DNA from: a virus
Lineage: Duplodnaviria > Heunggongvirae > Uroviricota > Caudoviricetes
DNA: 64,000 bases
Virus record (IMG/VR): IMGVR_UViG_3300020718_000011
Span: 1-64,000 of that record
Reading direction: 5' to 3' (one strand)
The notes beneath the pieces were generated by a model. That model worked only from the letters and a program-made list of their open reading frames with translations, had not been told where the DNA came from and did no database searches. Within the stretch, counting starts at the first letter, position 1. Every line of letters begins with the position of its first letter. This document shows positions 1 through 9,868 of this stretch, in pieces. A program made the translations under genes and the position numbers.

Positions 1-150
1 TCTATACTTTACCCGGTTGGGAATTATCAACTGGTATCAAAGGGGAGATAGAATTCTGTAAAGCCCACGGCATTGAGGTCATCTATCTCGAAGAGGATAC
101 CTCCTTACCCTATGAAATGAAAATGACCCAATGAAAATGATTGAATATTA

Positions 151-208
151 TGCACTTGGTCATTAATTTGGTCGATTTTAAGCATAAAATTTAAACACCA
201 AAATTGAC
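151..208. repeat. intergenic element copy 1 (TTGGTCGATTTTAAGCAT family)
   Basis: cacttggtcattaatttggtcgattttaagcataaaatttaaacaccaaaatt; related copies at about 39005-39048 and 59471-59520. Confidence 0.55.
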
Positions 209-276
209 TTTAATCATTACATATTATATCACTTTTTTGGTATGTTATTGAGCAAGTATTTTAACCATTTTTAAAT

Positions 277-531
277 ATGTTTAATATTATTTTTCTTGGG
301 CTTTTTATAGTATCATGTATTTCTATATTTCTAATACCAAAAAAATTAATAGAAAAGATTGATAATTTATTGTCACCTAAGTATTATATTTCAATAAAGG
401 ATGAGATTAAGATGGGTAAGATAAAGGATTATGAAATTCATCTAAAAAATGATCTGGATCCTCTTCCATTAGAAATACAAAAAAAAGGAGAGAAATTAAC
501 TAAAGCTTATCATCTACTAAAAAGGAAATAG
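277..531 (+). CDS. small membrane protein, KLTKAxxLLKRK C-tail family
   Basis: 84-aa ORF; N-terminal TM helix; C-terminus GEKLTKAYHLLKRK matches the tail motif shared by about 10 ORFs in this window. Confidence 0.45.
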   Translation: MFNIIFLGLFIVSCISIFLIPKKLIEKIDNLLSPKYYISIKDEIKMGKIKDYEIHLKNDLDPLPLEIQKKGEKLTKAYHLLKRK

Positions 532-532
532 A

Positions 533-832
533 ATGTTTGATGAAATAGAAGATATAGATAGGGCAATATCAAAATTGAGGGATAGAGAAGCCGATTTATT
601 TATTCAATTGGACAAGGAGAGAAAAAGGAATATGTCCAATAAGGATCCCATAGAGGAAAAGATGGCCCGTGAAATGAAACTCCAGATGGATGCCGGTGCT
701 ATAATTTATGCTATCTCTGGATATGAAGAATCCAAACGTTACATATTAAAGAATCGTGCTCTTCGGAGATGGCTCTATTGTATTGTTGGTTTATCAATAC
801 TTGGTTTATATGTAATCATAAAACATTTATAG
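533..832 (+). CDS. hypothetical protein with C-terminal TM segment
   Basis: 99-aa ORF starting 1 nt after the previous stop; coiled-coil-like N-terminus and hydrophobic C-terminus. Confidence 0.4.
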   Translation: MFDEIEDIDRAISKLRDREADLFIQLDKERKRNMSNKDPIEEKMAREMKLQMDAGAIIYAISGYEESKRYILKNRALRRWLYCIVGLSILGLYVIIKHL

Positions 833-949
833 TTATGTTTTTAAATTCAACACAAGGATTACCAAATATGGGAATTTTTAATGATCTATTTATATTCTTA
901 GGAATTGTTATGATAATTTCTTATTTATGGATTAAATCAAACACTAAAA

Positions 950-1201
950 ATGGGAATGAAAAAGAAAACACCAGCGGAGGAATCGAATGATACAAAAATT
1001 TTGAGTGCAATACCAATGACTCTTCATGAGTTTCATTTGGAGCAATTTCCCAATAATGTGATGATTAGTCAGCCATTCACACACGGATACAAGGTCACTT
1101 ATGCAGATGGGTATATTTCATGGTGTCCAAAAGATATTTATAATCGTTTAAATCAAACTAATGAAAAAGCAAATGTTTCTCTTCCTACTACTCTTGCTTA
1201 G
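950..1201 (+). CDS. hypothetical protein
   Basis: 83-aa ORF in the plus-strand block; overlaps neighbouring ORFs, so start and reality are uncertain. Confidence 0.3.
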   Translation: MGMKKKTPAEESNDTKILSAIPMTLHEFHLEQFPNNVMISQPFTHGYKVTYADGYISWCPKDIYNRLNQTNEKANVSLPTTLA

Positions 1202-1442
1202 TGGATGTAGTGGTGAATTAGATCCAAGCAAGGATTGGAGAATATCCAAAAAAACTATTTATACCGAATACGTAAGTCAGTTGGGATTATCTTCTTATAA
1301 GGTTACTGATGGTACCAATTCAGAGATTTTTGATGACTCCACCTATAAATACCATGTAGGAGATACTATTGGGCATCATAAATTTATTCCTGAACCTACT
1401 GTTGATAGCTCGAGGCGGGACAGTTTGAAACTATTAAAATAA
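1161..1442 (+). CDS. putative lipoprotein
   Basis: N-terminus MKKQMFLFLLLLLSGCSG is a signal peptide with an L-S-G-C lipobox. Confidence 0.4.
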   Translation: MKKQMFLFLLLLLSGCSGELDPSKDWRISKKTIYTEYVSQLGLSSYKVTDGTNSEIFDDSTYKYHVGDTIGHHKFIPEPTVDSSRRDSLKLLK

Positions 1443-1449
1443 TCCGGAT

Positions 1450-1611
1450 ATGAAATTACTAATCACAATAGTCTTAATCCTAGCTATTATATTTTCGGTA
1501 ATACAAATTATCGTAACTATTAATTGCTTCAGGAATAAATGGTCACAAAACTTTTTTGCCCTGATAATGGCAGCAATTTTTTGGGGTATATTTTACTACC
1601 TCAAAAGTTAA
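1450..1611 (+). CDS. small membrane protein (53 aa, below ORF-track cutoff)
   Basis: Read by hand: ATG..TAA ORF encoding two hydrophobic helices (MKLLITIVLILAIIFSVIQIIV...), in otherwise ORF-free DNA. Confidence 0.3.
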   Translation: MKLLITIVLILAIIFSVIQIIVTINCFRNKWSQNFFALIMAAIFWGIFYYLKS

Positions 1612-1823
1612 ATAGATATTTTATGTTTGGAATGTTAATGCGTCCCTCTGCCGCCACTGAAGAGGAATATGAAAAAATTTGGCAGTAGTCAAATTTCTGG
1701 ACTGGTGAGGATTTCCGAGGTTTCTATAACAAATATATTACCGCATCTCAACATGTTATTGAGTGCGCCAAAATATATTGTATTAAGAACTGGGAGAAAA
1801 TAACAGACTGGACTGATCTGGAT

Positions 1824-2579
1824 GTGGCAATTCACGATAACACCGGTACCTCTACCGAGTATTACAATTATGTTCCTAATCCTCGCCTGGATCTTAAGCC
1901 TTCTCCTAATAGGGGCGGTACAGATGCAGAAAGGGGTATTAAAAGACCTCGTCCAGTTAGAAGTGATGTTCTGGATAAAATGCTTCGGGGATTAGATGCT
2001 AGGGATAAGGCTAAACATAATCCAATAGTTTCTATTACTAGGGTAGTTTTGGATCCTACTGATGGAGATTTTTCCTTAACTATAAATGGAAAGGATCATT
2101 TATGGATTGATGGGGAAGCTATTATTGTGATTGCAGATTATATAGAACAAAAATTAAAGATTGAAGTTAAGAAAGAGATATTAAAACCGAAACTCCCTGA
2201 GTCAATTACCGAGTTTACCAGGGATATGTTTAACCTTAACAATAAGGTTAAAATTTCATTGGGTGGTAATCCTTCAATAACATATGATGTTGCAAGAGAC
2301 CTCAAGGAAATAATAGATAAGAAACATCCGGATTGGAAAATAGTTAAAAAGATTTGGGGGTTGGATGAACATCCAACCCATTATATTTTGGATGTTCGTG
2401 GTTTTAATGCAGAGGAGTTTGTAGAAGAAATATTAGAGGTGAGTAAATCTGAACATGAATCAGACGGAGGATATCTTATTCATATAGAAAATGTAAATGG
2501 GAAATTCGTAAATTGGGAAGAAAGAGAGGTCTATTCAATATTGTGGAACCAAAGATGTAAATTTTTCAGTAGAAGATAA
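1824..2579 (+). CDS. hypothetical protein (GTG start)
   Basis: 251-aa ORF whose track start codon is GTG; no recognisable motif. Confidence 0.45.
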   Translation: MAIHDNTGTSTEYYNYVPNPRLDLKPSPNRGGTDAERGIKRPRPVRSDVLDKMLRGLDARDKAKHNPIVSITRVVLDPTDGDFSLTINGKDHLWIDGEAIIVIADYIEQKLKIEVKKEILKPKLPESITEFTRDMFNLNNKVKISLGGNPSITYDVARDLKEIIDKKHPDWKIVKKIWGLDEHPTHYILDVRGFNAEEFVEEILEVSKSEHESDGGYLIHIENVNGKFVNWEEREVYSILWNQRCKFFSRR

Positions 2580-2599
2580 GAAATTGATAAATATTTAAT

Positions 2600-3256
2600 A
2601 TGGAAGAATTTATTTTATTAGACGACTTTACAAAAGATATATTTGGCATCAAAGAATTCGGGGTAATTATTGACATTAGTGATGATACCGATTCTATCAA
2701 TAAGGAAATGTATAATGCTTTCCTGGGGTTTTTGGATAAGCATGATATTGGTTATAATCTCATTAGACAATCCAATGACGGGTTATATCAATTTAAGATT
2801 ACCAACTATAATGCGGAGGAACTAAGAAAGCTACTTCCAAAAATTGTCAATGATGAGGATGAAAAGGGAGTAGATGATATTACCATTCATGGGGAATGTG
2901 CTATTGTTCCTTCCGGAACAGGGGCTCTAGGAAAAAATCAAATAGATGCCTCAATAAAGTATAATATTTATTGGAATAGGGAAACTGGATTTTATAAAAT
3001 GTGGGATTGGCGTTGGGATCTTGAAAGCTCTATTTATAGTGGTAATGGTTCTTCTGGATCATCAGGAAGTGCTGGTACTTCTGGAAGTTCTGGTACTTCT
3101 GGGATGTATAGAGTCAATACAAGTACTTCCGGGACAGGAACTGTTAGCGGATCTAGCGGAACTAGCGGAACTAGCGGATTTTTGCTAAAAGATTTAGCGT
3201 TATTAGAAAGGTTAGTTAAGTTTATTGAAAAACCAATTACTTTCTTAAATGGATAA
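2600..3256 (+). CDS. hypothetical protein with Gly/Ser-rich linker
   Basis: 218 aa; low-complexity GSSGSSGSAGTSGSSGTSG...SGTSGTSG tract encoded by nucleotide tandem repeats around 3040-3190. Confidence 0.5.
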   Translation: MEEFILLDDFTKDIFGIKEFGVIIDISDDTDSINKEMYNAFLGFLDKHDIGYNLIRQSNDGLYQFKITNYNAEELRKLLPKIVNDEDEKGVDDITIHGECAIVPSGTGALGKNQIDASIKYNIYWNRETGFYKMWDWRWDLESSIYSGNGSSGSSGSAGTSGSSGTSGMYRVNTSTSGTGTVSGSSGTSGTSGFLLKDLALLERLVKFIEKPITFLNG

Positions 3257-3701
3257 TAAGATAAATGGTAAAAAAACAATATCTACAAATAGTGGATTAA
3301 TTGTAAAATCTAGTTATTTTACTGCTGCTCTTTTTGGATTAGAATATAGGGTTCATATTTCCTTTAATTATTGTGAAGTTGGGCCTAGGTATTTTGAAGA
3401 AGGATGGAGAGATGGTATTAATGCTATTGTTTACCAACAAATAGTTGATCTAATAGATACGCATTGTGATAGGCCTGAATTAACAGGACTTAATTCAACT
3501 ACATTTCGTTATAGCTTTATTGGGATTACTCCCGAAACATTAATTAATAAGTTGCCTTTAGTTGAACGTCAAAGCGACATCAATATAAAAGTAGTAGAAG
3601 CATTTCAAGGGGATCTATGGATTTATTGGAGACCTGATATTGGATTATATCGTAGCAAAACAAGAAGACATATTTGGGGCAACAATAGAGATTTTATATG
3701 A
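3249..3701 (+). CDS. hypothetical protein, tandem paralog A
   Basis: Shares FTAALFGLEYRVHI... and IYWRPDIGLYRSKT motifs with the next ORF. Confidence 0.5.
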   Translation: MDNKINGKKTISTNSGLIVKSSYFTAALFGLEYRVHISFNYCEVGPRYFEEGWRDGINAIVYQQIVDLIDTHCDRPELTGLNSTTFRYSFIGITPETLINKLPLVERQSDINIKVVEAFQGDLWIYWRPDIGLYRSKTRRHIWGNNRDFI

Positions 3702-4081
3702 AACTAAGTCCATTTACGGCTGTGTTATTTGGATTGGAAAAACAAATCCATATCTATTATCTTGGTTATAATAGATATGGTTCAAGGGATTATGAAAACG
3801 ACCATACACAAACCATATCTAAAATAATTGATTCAGTAATTCCGAGTTGGTTAATGGCTAATGCGGCTTATATCCATTTTATAGCGGAACAACCTTATAA
3901 TGATAGAAGGAGGGTTATTTATAATTTACCTGTTTGGGTAGATGAATTATATTATAGTTTACCGCTAATGGAAAATCAAGAATATCAATATCAATTGAGG
4001 ATGGCTCAGGTTGGTGATACCGGGTATAAAGATTACTATGTATATTGGAGAGAGGATTTCGGTCTTTATAGAACTACCTAA
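3698..4081 (+). CDS. hypothetical protein, tandem paralog B
   Basis: ATGA overlap with upstream gene; FTAVLFGLEKQIHI and VYWREDFGLYRTT motifs match paralog A. Confidence 0.5.
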   Translation: MKLSPFTAVLFGLEKQIHIYYLGYNRYGSRDYENDHTQTISKIIDSVIPSWLMANAAYIHFIAEQPYNDRRRVIYNLPVWVDELYYSLPLMENQEYQYQLRMAQVGDTGYKDYYVYWREDFGLYRTT

Positions 4082-4176
4082 ATATTACAATAAAATTAAT
4101 ATCTCAAGAACTGAAACATTGTTCAAATTTCTTGATAAAATTGTTATCTCTGTAACACCTAGGTTATGATGTATGT

Positions 4177-4866
4177 CTAAGAGCCCAAATTGAATTTCTC
4201 AAAACTTATCAAATGATTCAAGTTTTCATTGGGCATATCGCTTCGAGTCACCATATTATCAGTCGCAACTAGTTCAAGCGCTTTGACAGGAATTGCTTTA
4301 TTAGTCATATATGCTTCGTCCCCTACTGTATCATCATACCCATGTGGATCTTCTTCCCATTCACACATAGCGATTTTATTATCTATAAGCCAAATGTCAA
4401 AATTCTTGGCTCTAGAGATACAAATCTTATTAATTCTGGAATTTAATCTTCTTTCCAATTCCATCATATCTTCACTATATCCAAAGCTAGCAATTTTTTG
4501 TTGATGCTCGTTTCCCCTCATTCTTTCGTCATGCTCTGACTTAAATCTTGCTCTTTCTCCATCAAAATCAATATCCTCCTTCCCTTCCTGTACAATCTCT
4601 TCGTATTCTTCATCGGTAAACCCATGAACAATAAGAGGAACTGGAAATACTCTATTTCTAACATCAATTATATCATACGCATCTAAATCATTTCCCATAG
4701 GAACACCGAATATCTTGGGCTCCCCCAAACTTGCATGTAATTCTTCACGCTGCTCCTTATCAAATTGTTTACTCTCTATCACAGCCTTAGGTACCAATCC
4801 ATTCTCCAATATAGATTCCCTATTTTCATTAGATGAGATGTGCAAATAATATCTACTTTCCATATC
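4177..4866 (-). CDS. acidic hypothetical protein
   Basis: Track ORF runs to 4914, but its first 16 codons are the reverse complement of the conserved promoter element at 4886-4940; start moved to the internal Met (MESRYY). Confidence 0.5.
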   Translation of the reverse strand, partial: DMESRYYLHISSNENRESILENGLVPKAVIESKQFDKEQREELHASLGEPKIFGVPMGNDLDAYDIIDVRNRVFPVPLIVHGFTDEEYEEIVQEGKEDIDFDGERARFKSEHDERMRGNEHQQKIASFGYSEDMMELERRLNSRINKICISRAKNFDIWLIDNKIAMCEWEEDPHGYDDTVGDEAYMTNKAIPVKALELVATDNMVTRSDMPNENLNHLISFEKFNLGS

Positions 4867-4885
4867 GTATTTATCTTTTATATTT

Positions 4886-4940
4886 TCTTTAACATTTAGT
4901 ATTTTTTTTGTCAAAGACTTTTTATTATATTTGTATGTTT
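4886..4940 (+). promoter_or_regulatory. class-A phage promoter (TCTTTAACA...TATATTTG)
   Basis: ttctttaacatttagtattttttttgtcaaagactttttattatatttgtatg; -7 box TATATTTG = Bacteroidota TAnnTTTG; about 15 nt before ATG 4955. Confidence 0.6.
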
Positions 4941-4954
4941 AAAAAATGTATTAA

Positions 4955-5290
4955 ATGAAACGACTATTTATACCATTACTGCTATTAATAGGAGCATGTA
5001 ACAATCCAGTAGCCCAGACAAATTTTGACAAGGTTAAGGCAGAACATCCAGCCGGGCGAATATTCTCGGAGCAGCCACAAGTAAATGGAAAAGACTGGGT
5101 TGTCCGGGAAGGGGATGCTATTTACAATGTAGAAATGGATCAAAATGGTGTCCCAAAATCTACATTATTAATTGAAAGGTGGAATCCAGCCTGGGATACT
5201 GCAACACCAAAGAAAGACACAGTTCCAGCAGATGCTCCTCCATTGGATAGTATTAAGAAACTAAACAATGATTCCATAACACACAAATAA
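4955..5290 (+). CDS. putative lipoprotein
   Basis: MKRLFIPLLLLIGACNN signal peptide and lipobox; preceded by canonical phage promoter. Confidence 0.5.
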   Translation: MKRLFIPLLLLIGACNNPVAQTNFDKVKAEHPAGRIFSEQPQVNGKDWVVREGDAIYNVEMDQNGVPKSTLLIERWNPAWDTATPKKDTVPADAPPLDSIKKLNNDSITHK

Positions 5291-5297
5291 TACCAAA

Positions 5298-5603
5298 ATG
5301 AGTTTACCAAAGAAAAGTTCGAACAATGCCAAAGGCATATCGTTAATCGCTTTCCTCCTTATTGGGGGATCAATTTTATTGTGGCAATGTACAGGAAATT
5401 ACCGAGCAAGGTATTTGGGTGGTAGCCAAACAATCAACCTTCCTGCCGGCCAGAAACTGATGAATGTTACCTGGAAGGACAATGAGATCTGGTATCTCAC
5501 ACAGCCAATGTCTCCGAATGAAGTTCCTGTAACTTCTACCTTCCACGAAAAATCTTCTAAGGGAGTTTTGGAGGGTACAATTATTATTAACGAGTCTAAA
5601 TAA
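5298..5603 (+). CDS. membrane protein
   Basis: 101 aa with an N-terminal TM helix (ISLIAFLLIGGSILLW); 8 nt after the upstream gene. Confidence 0.45.
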   Translation: MSLPKKSSNNAKGISLIAFLLIGGSILLWQCTGNYRARYLGGSQTINLPAGQKLMNVTWKDNEIWYLTQPMSPNEVPVTSTFHEKSSKGVLEGTIIINESK

Positions 5604-6025
5604 TTATTAGGGAAACCTGGAAAAAGTGGGTTATGTGGATTCCAGTGGCGGGGTTTTTAACCGTATCTAATCCCGACATAAAAAGGATACTGGATGATAA
5701 GAAATATCTATCCTGGATATATGGAATTTGGCAAGCCCTTGCAATTATTGGAATTATAATTTTAATGCAATATCCGCATGTTGGGAAGTAAACTAAAATG
5801 TGCTTCTGAGGTAATAATGGAACATTGAAAATTACTGATGGGGAATACAAAAATAAGGATAAGGGGAAATTCTATTTTGCTATTGATCCAGTAAATAAAG
5901 ATGCTAAAATCCAACTTTTACCAAAAATTGATGTGACAAGTAGATTTGTTAAAATGGAGCTGATAAAAATACTTTTATCTCAACCGGTAATAGAATAATA
6001 GAACAACTTTTAAAAGATAGAATCA

Positions 6026-6673
6026 ATGCTAAATAAGGATTCCACAAAGGAGGAGATATACCAGGAACTCCTAAAACGTACTGGATATAAAGACGACCAA
6101 GTAATCGAGGCTTATATGTACGGGTCTCGTGTATATGGTAATTCTCGGTCTGATTCGGACTGGGATTTTATTGTTATTATTAAAGCCAACCAAATTCATA
6201 CCGAACAATTTTCAGACAATTTAATAAACGTTAATTTCTATTACTTACACCAACATCACCAGAGGATTAATGAACACGAACCTTCTGCCCTGGAGTGCGT
6301 GTTTTTACCAGAAAAATTCATTCTTAAATTAAAGGACCCAAATTTTTATAAGTCCTTTAAACCAGACCTAGTTAAATTGAGACATGCTTTTTGTGCAAAG
6401 AGCTCTAATTCCTGGGTTAAGGCAAAGAAAAAATTAACAGTACCTGAATCATATAATGATAGCGTTGGAAAGAAATCATTATGGCATGCGATCCGTATAA
6501 TCTTTTATGGCATACAAATTTCTACGGAAGGAAAAATCACTAACTATGCCTGCTGTAATGGATTCTATGACAATGTTATGTATTGTAATGACTGGAGCGA
6601 ACTTTATGAAATATACAAAACCAAGTATAATGAGACACTAACAGAATTTCGTAAACACGCCAAAAAAGAATAG
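6026..6673 (+). CDS. Pol-beta-superfamily minimal nucleotidyltransferase
   Basis: YGSRVYGNSRSDSDWDFIVII fits the GS-x9-13-DxD nucleotidyltransferase signature; 215 aa. Confidence 0.5.
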   Translation: MLNKDSTKEEIYQELLKRTGYKDDQVIEAYMYGSRVYGNSRSDSDWDFIVIIKANQIHTEQFSDNLINVNFYYLHQHHQRINEHEPSALECVFLPEKFILKLKDPNFYKSFKPDLVKLRHAFCAKSSNSWVKAKKKLTVPESYNDSVGKKSLWHAIRIIFYGIQISTEGKITNYACCNGFYDNVMYCNDWSELYEIYKTKYNETLTEFRKHAKKE

Positions 6674-6674
6674 T

Positions 6675-6872
6675 ATGATTTTCACAGGAGGAAGGGATAA
6701 GCTTATGGAGGCTGCACAGAGACATCGTAATTTAGCTGGGAAATTACAACAGATTAAAGATCCAGACGAAAAAACTCTTCATAACATAGAAGCCCATATT
6801 CGCTGTGCTAATCGAATAACCTCATTATACGTATCTAAATATATTAGAAATTTACATAGCTCTGGATTATAA
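6675..6872 (+). CDS. small hypothetical protein
   Basis: 65 aa; TAATG-coupled to flanking genes. Confidence 0.35.
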   Translation: MIFTGGRDKLMEAAQRHRNLAGKLQQIKDPDEKTLHNIEAHIRCANRITSLYVSKYIRNLHSSGL

Positions 6873-7384
6873 TGGACACAAATAATATAGTTGAGAAAAT
6901 TGAGAAAATCCTAGGGATTAGGATAAAGAATATTGATCTCCAAACTCCTATTAAGGAAATTACCCATAAGGAAGCATTAACGGATTTGGATGCTGTTGAA
7001 AAGTATATCATTGAATTGCGTAGGGCTATCAAGAAAATGCCAGTAATAGTAGAGGCAGACCGAATACCTCCTGGGCTTGATCCACATCAGGTAATTTTGG
7101 AAACTGATAAGTGGCTCAAAGAAAGGAAAATGACAAATCCAGATTGGGAAATTCTTTGGATTCATCCTAAAACAGGACAAGTAGTATATTCCAAATATCT
7201 CTGCGATCCAGAAGACGATGGGTATATTAAAGGATTCCAAATAGCATTTGATATAAGCACTAATAAAATGATTTGCCGTAACTGCGATAATATTTGGGTA
7301 TCTTTAAATTCAAGGGGATTCGTAAGAGTAGAAGGCTCATTAGAAGAATTTAAAACAACTTATTCAAAATGGACAAACAAATAG
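6872..7384 (+). CDS. hypothetical protein
   Basis: 170-aa ORF; no recognisable motif. Confidence 0.5.
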   Translation: MDTNNIVEKIEKILGIRIKNIDLQTPIKEITHKEALTDLDAVEKYIIELRRAIKKMPVIVEADRIPPGLDPHQVILETDKWLKERKMTNPDWEILWIHPKTGQVVYSKYLCDPEDDGYIKGFQIAFDISTNKMICRNCDNIWVSLNSRGFVRVEGSLEEFKTTYSKWTNK

Positions 7385-7993
7385 AAGTAAGTATTCCTGT
7401 AAATTTTATTGGCATACTGGGAGAGGATGGTAGATGGCTAAGAACAGAAGGCTATGGAAGGATTTGGGTTGATGATATAACAAAAGGGGCTATTAAGAAC
7501 CCTGTCCATATAAGAACCTTACAAAGAAAACTGTAAAGGGGTATGAAAGAAAATACCTATCCATATTCAGAAGGAGTAAATCCCCAAGTAGTTAGGATAA
7601 AAGAAGTAATAGTTGAAATAATAGAACCTAGATTCACACTCACTGATTGGTTGGATTTTTTAGAAGAAGTAAGAAATGGAGAATTCTAATTTAAGGCATT
7701 CATGTAAAGAGTGTCCATGGACTAATGATTCTAAGAATAATAGAACTATGATAGAATCTATTAATAGATGGTGTGAAAATGGGGGTAGAAAGAATACTGA
7801 GCATAGGTGTCATATGATTAGTACAAACATATGGAATACAACAACACCTGAAAATATTTGTATTGGATCATTAAATAATACATCACATTAAGAAAGTGAA
7901 GGATAATGAAAGTGGTTTCTATAAAATAGATTATTATTTAGGATTACTTTCTAACACCACCATTTAGTAAATAAGAATAAAAACACAACCTTT

Positions 7994-8644
7994 ATGATTC
8001 GCATTGGTATTACAGCCGGAATTGGCGCAGGAAAAACAACAGTATGTCAGGAATTTGAAAAAGTGATGAAAATTCCTGTGTACTATTCAGATCATTGGGC
8101 CAAGTGGCTGATGGTGAATGATCCACAGGTTAAACAAGACATCATCAATCTCCTTGGTGCTGACTCCTATCAACCCGATGGTCTTTTAAATCGTAAACAT
8201 ATTGGAGATCTAATATTTAATAATCTGGAGCTGGAAAAGAAGGTTCAGATAATATTAAAGGAGCCATTCAAAAAGCATTTAGACAATTGGTGTAAAGAAC
8301 AGGAAGAGAATATGAGTGATTGCCATTATGCCCTTATTGAATCTGCAATTTTCTACGAAACAAATACATCTAACCAAGTTGATCTTATGGTTGGTGTGGA
8401 TGCCCCATTGAATATGAGGATTGCTAGAGCCATGAAAAGGGATATGGTAACCGAAGCAGAAGTAATGCGTCGTATTAAACTCCAAAAACATGATGAGAAT
8501 ATGAAGTATTGCGACTTTATCATCCATAATAGCAATAAGGAGGAGATGGTAAAGCAAACAAGGGGTCTTCATATTACACTAATTAAAATAGCATATCTTG
8601 CATTAGGTATTAGCGTTAATTGCGGAGGAGTTTCTATTCGATAA
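7994..8644 (+). CDS. dephospho-CoA kinase-like P-loop kinase
   Basis: N-terminal IGITAGIGAGKTTV Walker A at the CoaE position, plus CoaE-like downstream pattern (DxD region, RD.V..E). Confidence 0.55.
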   Translation: MIRIGITAGIGAGKTTVCQEFEKVMKIPVYYSDHWAKWLMVNDPQVKQDIINLLGADSYQPDGLLNRKHIGDLIFNNLELEKKVQIILKEPFKKHLDNWCKEQEENMSDCHYALIESAIFYETNTSNQVDLMVGVDAPLNMRIARAMKRDMVTEAEVMRRIKLQKHDENMKYCDFIIHNSNKEEMVKQTRGLHITLIKIAYLALGISVNCGGVSIR

Positions 8645-8655
8645 GAATAATTTTT

Positions 8656-9255
8656 CTAGTTAATCCTATTACTCTTTTTAATATTATCAATTTTCCATAA
8701 TGGTTGAAAATTACTATAATGATTTAATTTAATAAGATCCTCTTCATTTAAAGCCGAACTAATAGGTATTATATGATCATATTCCCATTCACCATAATTA
8801 TTCCATGACATCCCATCCACGAATTTATTCTCTATCCATATTTTAAATTCTTTATACGAACAACCCAAGATTCTATATGTTTTTGATGTTTTTGTATATC
8901 CTTGATTTTTAATAGCATTTCTTATAAGATTTCTAATGTTACTACTCATTTTAAAAATAGGATCAATATTTCGTTTTTCGTTCACATAATTGTTTCTCTT
9001 TTTTCTAATTTTTGTTAGCTCTATTTCAGATTTTTTAATTGAACTTTTATCTTTAATTTTTACTTTTTCTCTATAATAATTTTTTGCATATTCGTTTAGT
9101 TTTTTTCTGTTATTTTTACTATATTGATTAGAATAATTTTTCCTTCTCCCTAACTCTTCGGGGTCCTTATGAGTTTCTAAATATAATTTAGTTCTATTAG
9201 AGATAGTTTCCTTGTTCTTTTTATAATATTCCTTATAATATTCTTTCCTATCCAT
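8656..9255 (-). CDS. HNH homing endonuclease
   Basis: C-terminal ILGCSY..W..DHIIPISSA...NHYSNFQPLW..DN..KSN His-Me finger motifs; Lys/Tyr-rich YYKEYYKKNKE N-terminal repeats. Confidence 0.8.
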   Translation of the reverse strand: MDRKEYYKEYYKKNKETISNRTKLYLETHKDPEELGRRKNYSNQYSKNNRKKLNEYAKNYYREKVKIKDKSSIKKSEIELTKIRKKRNNYVNEKRNIDPIFKMSSNIRNLIRNAIKNQGYTKTSKTYRILGCSYKEFKIWIENKFVDGMSWNNYGEWEYDHIIPISSALNEEDLIKLNHYSNFQPLWKIDNIKKSNRIN

Positions 9256-9257
9256 TA

Positions 9258-9268
9258 TCTATATATCA
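9258..9268 (-). promoter_or_regulatory. class-B ATATATA box
   Basis: Minus strand reads gatatatagataATG, immediately before the HNH gene start at 9255. Confidence 0.3.
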
Positions 9269-9291
9269 AATAGCTTTTAAGATTTTATATA

Positions 9292-9346
9292 ATCTTTAAC
9301 ATTTAGTATTTTTTTATTCAAAAACAATTTATTACTTTTGTCTTAT
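9292..9346 (+). promoter_or_regulatory. class-A phage promoter
   Basis: atctttaacatttagtatttttttattcaaaaacaatttattacttttgtcttata; -7 box TACTTTTG; drives 9359. Confidence 0.6.
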
Positions 9347-9358
9347 AAATTTTAATCA

Positions 9359-9868
9359 ATGAGTGAGATTATAAAAAACTTAAAGAAAGGTTCCTTACTG
9401 ATAGCAGAACCCGATATGATTGATCCTGTCTTTTCCCAATCGGTTATATTAATTTGTAACCATGACGAGGATGGAACATTGGGATTGATTCTTAATCAGG
9501 TGTTTCCTCAAACGATGGAAGCTATGACTGGTATGACAATCCATTCAGGTTTTCCTGTTAATGTTGGAGGCCCAATGACAGAGGGTGGCGGAATAATGCT
9601 CCATCATGATAACTCCCTCTATGGTGGTGATGAAATAGCCAATGGAATTTATATTGGAACGAAGGATTCCCTCAGAGCATTAGAGGGATTTATATCACAC
9701 CAGGATGCCAACAAGAACAAGGCAAAAATATACGTGGGATATGCCGGTTGGGGTAAGGGCTCTTTGGAGTTAGAAATCCTTGACGGCAATTGGGCGGTAA
9801 AAGAAAGTACCGTAGACATAGTTTTTAATTCAAATGCAGATACGCTCTGGACAACATTATCCAAATGA
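9359..9868 (+). CDS. YqgE/AlgH (UPF0301) family protein
   Basis: GSLLIAEP.M.DP.F..SVILIC.H...G..GLILN...GGP.....I.LH....GYAGWG.G.LE.EIL.G.W matches YqgE/AlgH across its length. Confidence 0.6.
   Translation: MSEIIKNLKKGSLLIAEPDMIDPVFSQSVILICNHDEDGTLGLILNQVFPQTMEAMTGMTIHSGFPVNVGGPMTEGGGIMLHHDNSLYGGDEIANGIYIGTKDSLRALEGFISHQDANKNKAKIYVGYAGWGKGSLELEILDGNWAVKESTVDIVFNSNADTLWTTLSK

Noticed and set aside
3034-3279. Minus-strand ORF 3034-3279 (81 aa, Pro/Glu/Val/Leu-rich)
   Set aside because: Antisense read-through of the Gly/Ser-repeat region of the plus-strand gene 2600-3256; low-complexity shadow ORF.
4867-4914. N-terminal 16 codons of minus-strand ORF 4177-4914 (MTKKILNVKENIKDKY)
   Set aside because: These codons are exactly the reverse complement of the conserved class-A promoter at 4886-4940 (ctttaacatttagtatttttttt). 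The gene more likely starts at the internal Met (4866).
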